From the NCBI GenBank assembly GCA_964579885.1, contig CAZOHD010000002.1, positions 243,672 through 307,671 of the forward strand: a stretch of DNA of 64,000 nucleotides, read 5' to 3'. The first letter of the stretch is position 1. Each line of letters opens with the position of its first letter. Made by a program: the position numbers and the translations under genes. The notes under the pieces are model-generated. The model was not told the DNA's origin, did no database searches, and saw only the letters and a list, made by a program, of their open reading frames with translations. Shown piece after piece: positions 9,085 through 16,438 of this stretch. Source of the DNA: an uncultured Sediminibacterium sp. (GTDB lineage: Bacteria; Bacteroidota; Bacteroidia; Chitinophagales; Chitinophagaceae).

Positions 9085-10122
9085 ATGAAAAAAACTTTTC
9101 CCTTTTTCGGTTTGTTTTTGACTCTAGTTGTTTCAGCTTGTCAAGGACCTGTATCCAATTCAAATGTCGAATACCATGATACGACAGGTAAAACAGATGT
9201 TTTATCTGGGGGTATTAAGCGTATTGCAATTCATACTGAAAAAGGAGACTTTACAGTCTGGACAAAAAGAGTTGGGAATAATCCTAGAAAGAAAGTTTTG
9301 TTATTGCATGGTGGCCCTGGTGCAACTCATGAATACTTTGAGTGTTTTGATTCCTATCTTCCACAGGAAGGCGTTGAGTATTATTATTACGATCAATTAG
9401 GTTCTGCTTATTCAGATAATCCTAATGATAGCAGTTTATGGACGATTGAACGTTATGTAGAAGAAGTTGAAACAGTAAGAAAAGCTTTAGATCTAGATTC
9501 AAATAATTTTTATTTATTAGGACATTCTTGGGGCGGTATTTTAGCAATGGAATATGCGTTGAAGTACCAGCAAAACTTAAAAGGGTTGATTATTTCTAAT
9601 ATGATGGCTTCGATCCCAGCATATGTCAAATATGCGAATGAAGTTTTAGGGCCTCAGTTACCTAAAGAAGTCTTATCTCAATTAAGAGCTTTTGAAGCTA
9701 AAGGGCAATATACAGATCCAACCTATCTAAAGCTTATCAATGATTATTACTACCCAGAGCATGTATTAAGAATGCCTCCAGCAACATGGCCTGATCCAGT
9801 TGTTCGTGCTTTTGCAAAATTAAATTATCCTTTGTATTTGAAAATGCAAGGTCCTTCAGAATTCGGTGTAGTTGGAGATGCGGTTTTAAAAAATTGGGAC
9901 AGAACAGCCGATTTAACAAAGATTAAAGTACCTACATTAAGCATAGGTGGTGCATTTGATACAATGGATCCTAAAGCAATGGAAATGATTTCTAAGCAAG
10001 TGCAAAATGGTAGTTATTTATTGTGTCCAAAAGGTTCACATATGTCTATGTATGACGATCAACAAACCTATTTTAAGGGCTTAATTGATTTTATAAACAA
10101 GGTGGACAAAGAAAAGAAATAA
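9085..10122 (+). CDS. Proline iminopeptidase-family alpha/beta hydrolase, predicted lipoprotein
   Basis: HGGPG, YDQLGS, GHSWGG, GSHMSM; start moved from 9001 to ATG 9085 (MKKTF...VVSAC lipobox). Confidence 0.88.
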   Translation: MKKTFPFFGLFLTLVVSACQGPVSNSNVEYHDTTGKTDVLSGGIKRIAIHTEKGDFTVWTKRVGNNPRKKVLLLHGGPGATHEYFECFDSYLPQEGVEYYYYDQLGSAYSDNPNDSSLWTIERYVEEVETVRKALDLDSNNFYLLGHSWGGILAMEYALKYQQNLKGLIISNMMASIPAYVKYANEVLGPQLPKEVLSQLRAFEAKGQYTDPTYLKLINDYYYPEHVLRMPPATWPDPVVRAFAKLNYPLYLKMQGPSEFGVVGDAVLKNWDRTADLTKIKVPTLSIGGAFDTMDPKAMEMISKQVQNGSYLLCPKGSHMSMYDDQQTYFKGLIDFINKVDKEKK

Positions 10123-10141
10123 ATATAAAAGCATCATAAAC

Positions 10142-10170
10142 AAAAAGGTCCTGAATTTCAGGACCTTTTT
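10142..10170. terminator. Bidirectional terminator
   Basis: AAAAAGGTCCTGA-ATT-TCAGGACCTTTTT between convergent genes. Confidence 0.88.
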
Positions 10171-10212
10171 TAATTAGGGGAAGAAAAAGATGGGGGAAGG
10201 CAAATTCTGTAA

Positions 10213-12399
10213 TTATTTTAAATCAATCTTCAAACTCAACCAATAGTTTCTTCCTGCCATTGGATAGAAATTATTTAAAGTGATTGTTGCCCTGTCATAA
10301 ATATAACTGAAGGTATATCCATTAGGTGCATATTCCACATCAAGAATATTATTTACATAGAATTGTAAAAGCATTTTATACTTTGCTTTATTTACAATTG
10401 TCCAATGCGCATTGATATCATTTAAGAAGTAAGCATCTAATACCCTTGCTTCGTTTTGTGTATTGTCTAAATATTGCTTTGAGATATATTTTGTTGTCCA
10501 GAAAAAACTAAGCTTATCATTAGGTCTCCAATTAAAAGTTCTGTTTGTAGTAATAGCAGGGGATAGTGCTATAGCGGTGTTATTGTGTTGAATAGCGACT
10601 TGTGTATACTGGTCGTAGTCGTCAATGAATTCTGTAAATTGTTTGATTCTATTTTGACTTAATGTTATACTATAAGAGGTGCTATATTTTTTGTTTAATG
10701 AGTATTTTACTTGTAATTCAATACCAGATCTATAACTTTTAGGCACGTTGGTTCTAGTATATGCGCCAACGTCGTTTATTTTACCTGTTAATACAAGTTG
10801 GTCTTTGTAATCCATGTAAAAAAGGTTTGCATTAATTGAATATTTTGGTTTTTTAATTTCAAATCCTCCTTCCCAATCAATTAATTGCTCACTTTTAGGT
10901 TGCTCAGTAGCACTTGCTTCAAAATCGTCTCTTATTGGTTCTTTATTAGCAATTGCTACACTAGTGTAATAGAAAATATTTTTTGCTTGGTAAGACAAGC
11001 CCATTTTAGGATTAAAGAAATTGAATTTTCTGTCAATCATTAAATCTTCATTCTTTGTAAATCCATTCATTAAATGGTTCACTGTTCTAAATTGCAAATC
11101 CACAAAACTTGATAGTTTTTCATTTAGTTTCCTTTCCCACTTTACATAACTACTCATCTCCTTTTTTCTTGCATCATTATCATAATATCTGAAATTAGCT
11201 GGTGCTAAAGTGGAAGATAAATAGGGTAATGTTCCAAAGTGCAATCCATCGTAGTTACTCCATGCGCCTCCAATTGTAAGGTCATCTTTATTATCTTGAT
11301 AAGAGACTGCAGCAATTTGTCCATAGAATTGATTATCTAACCACCTTCTTCTCACTAAATCAGCAGGTACATTGCCCTTGCCTGTAATATTTATCTTATA
11401 GTCATTGAAGTCTACTCCAGCTTTGTATTCTTCATAATAGCCTTTGCCTGTTGTTAAATAAATAGCGGTATTCCATTTCCAATTTTTATTGATCGTTTTA
11501 TTGTAAAACAATTGATAATGTGTTTGTGTATAATTATCGGTTTGATTTTCATACGGCGCATCGGCTTTTTCTGTACCTGCCGGATTAAACGTTCTATTGG
11601 TTGACATTAATTCTTGTGGTACACCATACCAAGCTTGATAGGTTCGCTCTTTACCACTAAATACGTTTAACCTTAAGGATGATTTATCACCCCAATAGGT
11701 AGTGCTTAAATAAAAACTTTTTAAATCGCTTGTTGCCCTATCAATATATCCATCGCTTTTGATGGAACTGATTCTTCCATCTATTGTGAATTTATCATCT
11801 ATAAGACCTGACCCAAAAACAAGGTTATTTTTAAAACTATTAAAGGATCCTGCACTATTTTGTAAGGACAAATAGGATGTTGGGTTGTATTCGTTTGTCA
11901 TTAAATTAACACTCGCCCCAAAGGCACCAGCGCCATTGGTAGAAGTTCCAACACCTCTTTGAATTTGTATACTATTTACACTAGATGTAAAGTCAGGGAT
12001 ATTTACAAAAAAGGTTCCCATACTTTCTTGGTCATTATAGGGTATCCCATTTAAGGTGAAATTAATACGCGTAGCATCCGTCCCTCTTATTCTCATACCT
12101 GTATATCCAACTCCATTTCCTGCATCTGCATGAACCACTACAGAAGGGGTATTTTCTAGTAAAAAGGGTAGGTCTTGTCCTACATTGTTCAGTGCTATTT
12201 GTTCTTTACTGATATTCGTTTTCGCAAAAGGGGCTTGATTGCTTAATCGAATAGATTTTACCTCCAATGGGGGAAGATTGCGCGTACTATCTTTTACTAT
12301 TTTTTTAGCGTCTTCGGTCTTAGTCTTGTTGGTCTTTTGCTGCGCAAATGAAGGTTGCATTATCAATGCAAATAGGATTGTTCCAAATAACTTATTCAT
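10213..12399 (-). CDS. TonB-dependent receptor, probable thiamine (or precursor) importer
   Basis: Signal peptide, plug motifs (MRIRG.DATRINFTLNGIP.ND; SIQIQRGVGTSTNGAGAFGASVN), C-terminal YPMAGRNYWLSLKIDL beta strand; directly under a TPP riboswitch. Confidence 0.88.
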   Translation of the reverse strand: MNKLFGTILFALIMQPSFAQQKTNKTKTEDAKKIVKDSTRNLPPLEVKSIRLSNQAPFAKTNISKEQIALNNVGQDLPFLLENTPSVVVHADAGNGVGYTGMRIRGTDATRINFTLNGIPYNDQESMGTFFVNIPDFTSSVNSIQIQRGVGTSTNGAGAFGASVNLMTNEYNPTSYLSLQNSAGSFNSFKNNLVFGSGLIDDKFTIDGRISSIKSDGYIDRATSDLKSFYLSTTYWGDKSSLRLNVFSGKERTYQAWYGVPQELMSTNRTFNPAGTEKADAPYENQTDNYTQTHYQLFYNKTINKNWKWNTAIYLTTGKGYYEEYKAGVDFNDYKINITGKGNVPADLVRRRWLDNQFYGQIAAVSYQDNKDDLTIGGAWSNYDGLHFGTLPYLSSTLAPANFRYYDNDARKKEMSSYVKWERKLNEKLSSFVDLQFRTVNHLMNGFTKNEDLMIDRKFNFFNPKMGLSYQAKNIFYYTSVAIANKEPIRDDFEASATEQPKSEQLIDWEGGFEIKKPKYSINANLFYMDYKDQLVLTGKINDVGAYTRTNVPKSYRSGIELQVKYSLNKKYSTSYSITLSQNRIKQFTEFIDDYDQYTQVAIQHNNTAIALSPAITTNRTFNWRPNDKLSFFWTTKYISKQYLDNTQNEARVLDAYFLNDINAHWTIVNKAKYKMLLQFYVNNILDVEYAPNGYTFSYIYDRATITLNNFYPMAGRNYWLSLKIDLK

Positions 12400-12473
12400 A
12401 ACTAATGTATTAATTCATTAATAAATTGTCAAGAACAAGGGAAATAAGCTTTGAGAAGTGCACGAATTGTGCG

Positions 12474-12549
12474 GTACCTTCCCTTCGCAGGCATTACCCT
12501 GTTCAGGTTCAACGGGTTTTATCTCAGCTTTTGAAAGCACCCCGAGGAC
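12474..12549 (-). ncRNA. TPP (thi-box) riboswitch
   Basis: Minus strand GTCCTCGGGGTGCTTTCAAAAGCTGAGATAAAACCCGTTGAACCTGAACAGGGTAATGCCTGCGAAGGGAAGGTAC has the conserved GGGGTGC, CTGAGA, ACCTGA, TAATGCC.GCG.AGGGA core. Confidence 0.95.
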
Positions 12550-12553
12550 ATTG

Positions 12554-12561
12554 CAAAAATA
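12554..12561 (-). promoter_or_regulatory. -7 box of the riboswitch-TBDR transcript
   Basis: TATTTTTG on minus strand; the aptamer's first G lies 4 nt after the box. Confidence 0.7.
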
Positions 12562-12626
12562 GGATGAAAAATTAAACCAACAGCTGTAACTTTAAACAAT
12601 CCCTTTCGTTATACGAAATAAATACA

Positions 12627-13415
12627 ATGATTATGAAAAAGATAATAGCCTTTGGCTTGGTTTTATTTGCCTTTGTGGCACAAGCTCAAAATAAGATGGG
12701 CGTGGTTTATGATGAAAATGTACAAGTCAGAAAACTGCCAAGTTTCTCAGCTATTCGTGTTTCAAATGCGATTGATTTATACCTTACTCAGTCAAATAAG
12801 ACAGAGGTTGCTGTAAGTGCCAAAACAATTGAGTATAGAGATAGAATTATAACTGAAGTAGTTGGCGGAACCTTAATTATAAGGATGGAAAATAACAGAA
12901 GTTGGTGGAATTGGAAGGATGGTGATTACAAAACAAAGGCATATGTGAGTGTAAAAGACTTATATGCAATAGCTGGTTCTGGTGCGACAAACATCCATAT
13001 CATTAACGGTGTAAGTTCAGAGAAATTAAAAATTGTTTTATCAGGTGCAAGTGACCTAAAAGGGGATATCAAAGCTGGAACTTTATTGGTTGATTTATCA
13101 GGGGCTTCCAATATGAAAGCTGCTGTTCAAGCAAACGCTTTTTCGGTGAAAGGGTCTGGCGCTAGTGATATCACTGTTAATGGATCTGGCGACGACTTGG
13201 TGGTGGACGTATCAGGTGCGTCTAGTGTAAAGATGTATGAATATCAGGTAAAAGGAGCATCTGTGGAAGCTTCAGGTGCTAGTGATGTGAATTTGAATGT
13301 CTCAGAAATGTTAAAAGTAAAAGCTTCAGGTGCAAGCAGTATTGATTATAAGGGGACGCCTTCGAAGAAAGAGCTACAAAGCTCAGGTGCTTCTAGTGTA
13401 AGACATAAGAATTAA
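12627..13415 (+). CDS. DUF2807 / GIN-domain (putative autotransporter adhesin head-like) secreted protein
   Basis: Signal peptide then repetitive SGAS/GSGAS beta-helix motifs. Confidence 0.85.
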   Translation: MIMKKIIAFGLVLFAFVAQAQNKMGVVYDENVQVRKLPSFSAIRVSNAIDLYLTQSNKTEVAVSAKTIEYRDRIITEVVGGTLIIRMENNRSWWNWKDGDYKTKAYVSVKDLYAIAGSGATNIHIINGVSSEKLKIVLSGASDLKGDIKAGTLLVDLSGASNMKAAVQANAFSVKGSGASDITVNGSGDDLVVDVSGASSVKMYEYQVKGASVEASGASDVNLNVSEMLKVKASGASSIDYKGTPSKKELQSSGASSVRHKN

Positions 13416-13434
13416 GACAAAAAATGAGTTTAAC

Positions 13435-13462
13435 AAAGCCTGCTTCCTAGCGGGCTTTTTTT
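13435..13462 (+). terminator. Intrinsic terminator
   Basis: AAAGCCTGCT-TCCT-AGCGGGCTTT + TTTT. Confidence 0.8.
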
Positions 13463-13512
13463 GGCACATACATAATATTATGAATAAACTTGGTTAGGAA
13501 CTTATATTGACC

Positions 13513-13520
13513 TATCTTTG
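13513..13520 (+). promoter_or_regulatory. -7 box for tRNA-fMet
   Basis: TATCTTTG 12 nt upstream of the tRNA. Confidence 0.65.
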
Positions 13521-13532
13521 CCGTCCAAACAT

Positions 13533-13604
<72 letters not shown>

Positions 13605-13609
13605 CATCT

Positions 13610-13646
13610 AATCCCGCTCCCGATTTATCGAGAGCGGATTTTTTTT
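13610..13646 (+). terminator. Terminator after tRNA-fMet
   Basis: AATCC(C)GCTC(C)CGAT-TT-ATCG(A)GAGCGGATT + T run. Confidence 0.7.
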
Positions 13647-13676
13647 GTCGTAACTTTGTGTTAATAAATTAAAGGA

Positions 13677-14549
13677 ATGAAAGTTGGTTTTGTAAACATA
13701 TTTGGTAAACCTAATGCAGGAAAAAGCACTTTGCTGAACGCTATTATGGGCGAGAAGATGGCTATTGTGTCCTCTAAGGTTCAAACTACAAGACATAGAA
13801 TCAAAGCCTTTTTGAACAAGGAAGACGAGTACCAGGTCATTTTTTCAGATACACCGGGTATAATTGATCCTAAATATAAGTTGCATGAGCGTATGATGGG
13901 TGCCGTAAAATCGGCTCTGGAAGACGCAGATGTGGCTTTATTAATGGTAGATGTAAGAGATAACCTCGAGGAAGTAGACGAAATGTTTAGTGCTTTAAAG
14001 CTTAAAGTGCCTAGTATTGTAGTTATGAATAAGTCTGATTTAGCAAAAGGAACACAGGTGAAAGAGGCGAATGCTTTCTTTTCTGCAAAGCCTTATTGCT
14101 CTAAGATAATTTCTATTAGTGCATTGAATATCAGTGATATAGAACGTTTATTGAAAGTTATATTAGAGCTTATTCCCGAAGGCCAACCATTCTATAGTCA
14201 AGAAGATTTGAGTGATTTGCCTACTAAGTTCTTTGTGAGTGAGTTGATACGTGAAAAGATCTACCAGTTATTTGGTGAGGAGATTCCATACCATACCGCT
14301 GTCTTGGTTAATTCTTTTAAAGAGCAACCACTTTTGGTAAAGATTCAGGCAGATATTGTGGTGAATAGGGAGACGCAAAAGGCAATTATTATTGGGGAGA
14401 AGGGTAAGTTGATTAAGGAGATTGGCACTTTAGCTCGTAAGGATATCGAAGCCTTTATTGGGTCTAAAGTATACCTTGAACTCTTTGTAAAAGTGAAGCC
14501 TAAGTGGAGAGACAATGAGTTGAAATTAAAAGAATTTGGATACCAGTAG
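13677..14549 (+). CDS. era: GTPase Era
   Basis: GKPNAGKSTL, QTTRHRI, DTPG, NKSD, KH domain (IIIGEKG..IKEIG); -7 box TAACTTTG at 13651-13658. Confidence 0.97.
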   Translation: MKVGFVNIFGKPNAGKSTLLNAIMGEKMAIVSSKVQTTRHRIKAFLNKEDEYQVIFSDTPGIIDPKYKLHERMMGAVKSALEDADVALLMVDVRDNLEEVDEMFSALKLKVPSIVVMNKSDLAKGTQVKEANAFFSAKPYCSKIISISALNISDIERLLKVILELIPEGQPFYSQEDLSDLPTKFFVSELIREKIYQLFGEEIPYHTAVLVNSFKEQPLLVKIQADIVVNRETQKAIIIGEKGKLIKEIGTLARKDIEAFIGSKVYLELFVKVKPKWRDNELKLKEFGYQ

Positions 14550-14626
14550 TATTATAAATTAACAATGTTAATTTATTGATTTATAATATTTTAAGATAGT
14601 TTATTTGAATATTAAATTTAAGTTTT

Positions 14627-15946
14627 ATGAGTTTTACTGTCGCTATAGTAGGAAGACCTAATGTGGGCAAAAGCACGCTGTTTAATCGCTTGTTAGAAGA
14701 GCGTAAGGCCATTGTGGATGACGTAAGTGGTGTAACAAGAGATCGCCAATATGGAGTAACAGAGTGGAATGGTAAAAATTTCAATGTTATTGATACAGGT
14801 GGATTTGTGCCGGATTCAAGTGATATGTTCGAAACTGAAATCAGAAAGCAAGTTAGAATTGCCATTGACGAAGCCAATTGTATCATCTTTATGGTAGATG
14901 CTGCTGTGGGTATGACGGATCTAGATGCTGCGATGGCAGATATGTTAAGAAGAACAACTAAGCCGGTTTTGGTGGTGGCTAATAAAGTGGACAATTCAAC
15001 GAGGGCATTAGATGCGACCGAATTTTATAGTATGGGCTTTGAACATAACTATTTTGTGAGCTCTATCTCGGGAAGTGGAACTGGGGAGTTATTAGATGCG
15101 GTGACTAGCTTCATCACAGAAGAACAACCTACAGACGAGGAATTAGCTGAAGCAGACAATGTGCCAAAAATTGCCATTATCGGTCAACCAAACGTAGGTA
15201 AATCATCTTTATTAAACGCCTTTATTGGTCAGGACAGAACAATTGTGAGTGATATCGCTGGAACGACCAGAGATACAATTCATACACATTATAATATGTT
15301 CCAAAAGGAGTTTATCTTAATTGATACTGCTGGAATTAGAAGAAAGAACAAAGAAAAGGACGATTTAGAGTTTTATTCTGTTATTCGTGCCATCAAGGCG
15401 ATGGATGAAGCAGACGTGTGCTTAATGGTAATTGACGCAGTTAAAGGGATTACAGCCCAAGATTTAAGTATTTTCAGTCTTGCAGCTAAAAAGGGTAAGG
15501 GGATTGTATTCTTGGTCAATAAATGGGATTTGGTACCTAAAGAAACCAATACAGCTAGAGACTATGAGAAAAGGTTAAAAGACAAACTGGCACCTTTTAC
15601 CGATGTGCCTATCTTATTTATATCTGCCCTTGAAAAGACAAGAATTTTCAAAGCCATTGAAATGGCCTTGGATGTTTATGAAAACAAGCATCGTAAAATT
15701 CCTACTTCCAAGTTGAATGATATCATGTTAAAGGCAATTGAGAAATACCAAGCACCAGTTGTTAGAGGTCATGTGATCAAGATTAAGTTCGTGCAACAAC
15801 TTCCAACTCGTGTTCCAAGTTTCGCATTTTTTACCAATTTCCCAGATGATGTTAAGACACCTTATAGAAATTACCTCGAAAACCAGGTTAGGGCTAATTT
15901 TAAATTCACAGGGGTTCCGGTGCGTATCTACTTTAGAAAGAAGTAG
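14627..15946 (+). CDS. der: Ribosome biogenesis GTPase Der
   Basis: Two G domains: GRPNVGKSTLFNRL/GVTRDR and GQPNVGKSSLLN/GTTRD, DTAG. Confidence 0.97.
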   Translation: MSFTVAIVGRPNVGKSTLFNRLLEERKAIVDDVSGVTRDRQYGVTEWNGKNFNVIDTGGFVPDSSDMFETEIRKQVRIAIDEANCIIFMVDAAVGMTDLDAAMADMLRRTTKPVLVVANKVDNSTRALDATEFYSMGFEHNYFVSSISGSGTGELLDAVTSFITEEQPTDEELAEADNVPKIAIIGQPNVGKSSLLNAFIGQDRTIVSDIAGTTRDTIHTHYNMFQKEFILIDTAGIRRKNKEKDDLEFYSVIRAIKAMDEADVCLMVIDAVKGITAQDLSIFSLAAKKGKGIVFLVNKWDLVPKETNTARDYEKRLKDKLAPFTDVPILFISALEKTRIFKAIEMALDVYENKHRKIPTSKLNDIMLKAIEKYQAPVVRGHVIKIKFVQQLPTRVPSFAFFTNFPDDVKTPYRNYLENQVRANFKFTGVPVRIYFRKK

Positions 15947-16011
15947 TTACGAGGCTAAAAACTATGATTTCGAGCTAATTTTTTAAAAACATAGAAAATA
16001 ATTAGTTAATA

Positions 16012-16043
16012 TTTGGTGAATTTATTGTTAAATCCTATCTTTG
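16012..16043 (+). promoter_or_regulatory. Full -33/-7 promoter of the mini-lipoprotein gene
   Basis: TTTG (16012-15), 20-nt spacer, TATCTTTG (16036-43). Confidence 0.75.
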
Positions 16044-16080
16044 CCCACGTATTTTTTATACCAAACTTAAAACATTTAAA

Positions 16081-16254
16081 ATGAAAAAAGTATTCGCAAT
16101 CTTCGCTATCGCTGCTTTAACTGCATGTGGTGGTGCTTCTACTGAAGCTACAACTGATTCTACAACTGCAACTGTTGATACAGCTGCTGTTGCTGTTGAT
16201 TCTGCTGCTGTTGCAACTGATTCAACTGCTACTGATTCTGCTGCTACTAAGTAG
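16081..16254 (+). CDS. 57-aa Ala/Thr/Ser/Asp-rich lipoprotein with five O-glycosylation sequons (resembles PG1828-type small lipoproteins)
   Basis: MKKVFAIFAIAALTA-CGGASTEATTDSTTATVDTAAVAVDSAAVATDSTATDSAATK*; SPII lipobox LTAC, own promoter and terminator, strongly biased codons; below the ORF-track length cutoff. Confidence 0.9.
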   Translation: MKKVFAIFAIAALTACGGASTEATTDSTTATVDTAAVAVDSAAVATDSTATDSAATK

Positions 16255-16289
16255 TCTTAGAAGTTTTTTAATAACTTCTTGCAAGAAGG

Positions 16290-16322
16290 TCCTTTCCGAA
16301 ATCTCGGAAAGGATTTTTTTTT
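16290..16322 (+). terminator. Terminator of mini-lipoprotein gene
   Basis: TCCTTTCCGA-AATC-TCGGAAAGGA + 9 T. Confidence 0.9.
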
Positions 16323-16371
16323 GTGAAAACTTGATCAAAGGCTGTTTGATTAGATGGTAAAATATAATTTT

Positions 16372-16386
16372 TGGCATTAATATTGC
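16372..16386 (+). promoter_or_regulatory. Putative sigma54 -24/-12 promoter of lon
   Basis: TGGCATTAATATTGC = TGGCA-N6-TTGC with exact GG-N10-GC spacing. Confidence 0.55.
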
Positions 16387-16438
16387 CTATGTATAGGTAG
16401 ACCTATTTGACCTTCTTAATTGGGGGCCTTATGTCATT

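Noticed and set aside
10176-10200. Purine-rich GGGGAAGAAAAAGATGGGGGAAGG tract
   Set aside because: Too few G-runs for a quadruplex; no repeat or ORF associated
13461-13478. TTGGCACA as a sigma54 box before tRNA-fMet
   Set aside because: No TTGC at -12 spacing, and a canonical -7 box explains the tRNA
13677-15946. Apparently higher third-position GC in era/der suggesting transfer
   Set aside because: Visual impression only, cannot be quantified here; both are core genes with no mobility signs
16127-16360. 77-aa poly-Leu ORF in the track
   Set aside because: Out-of-frame shadow of the real 16081-16254 lipoprotein; it runs through that gene's terminator
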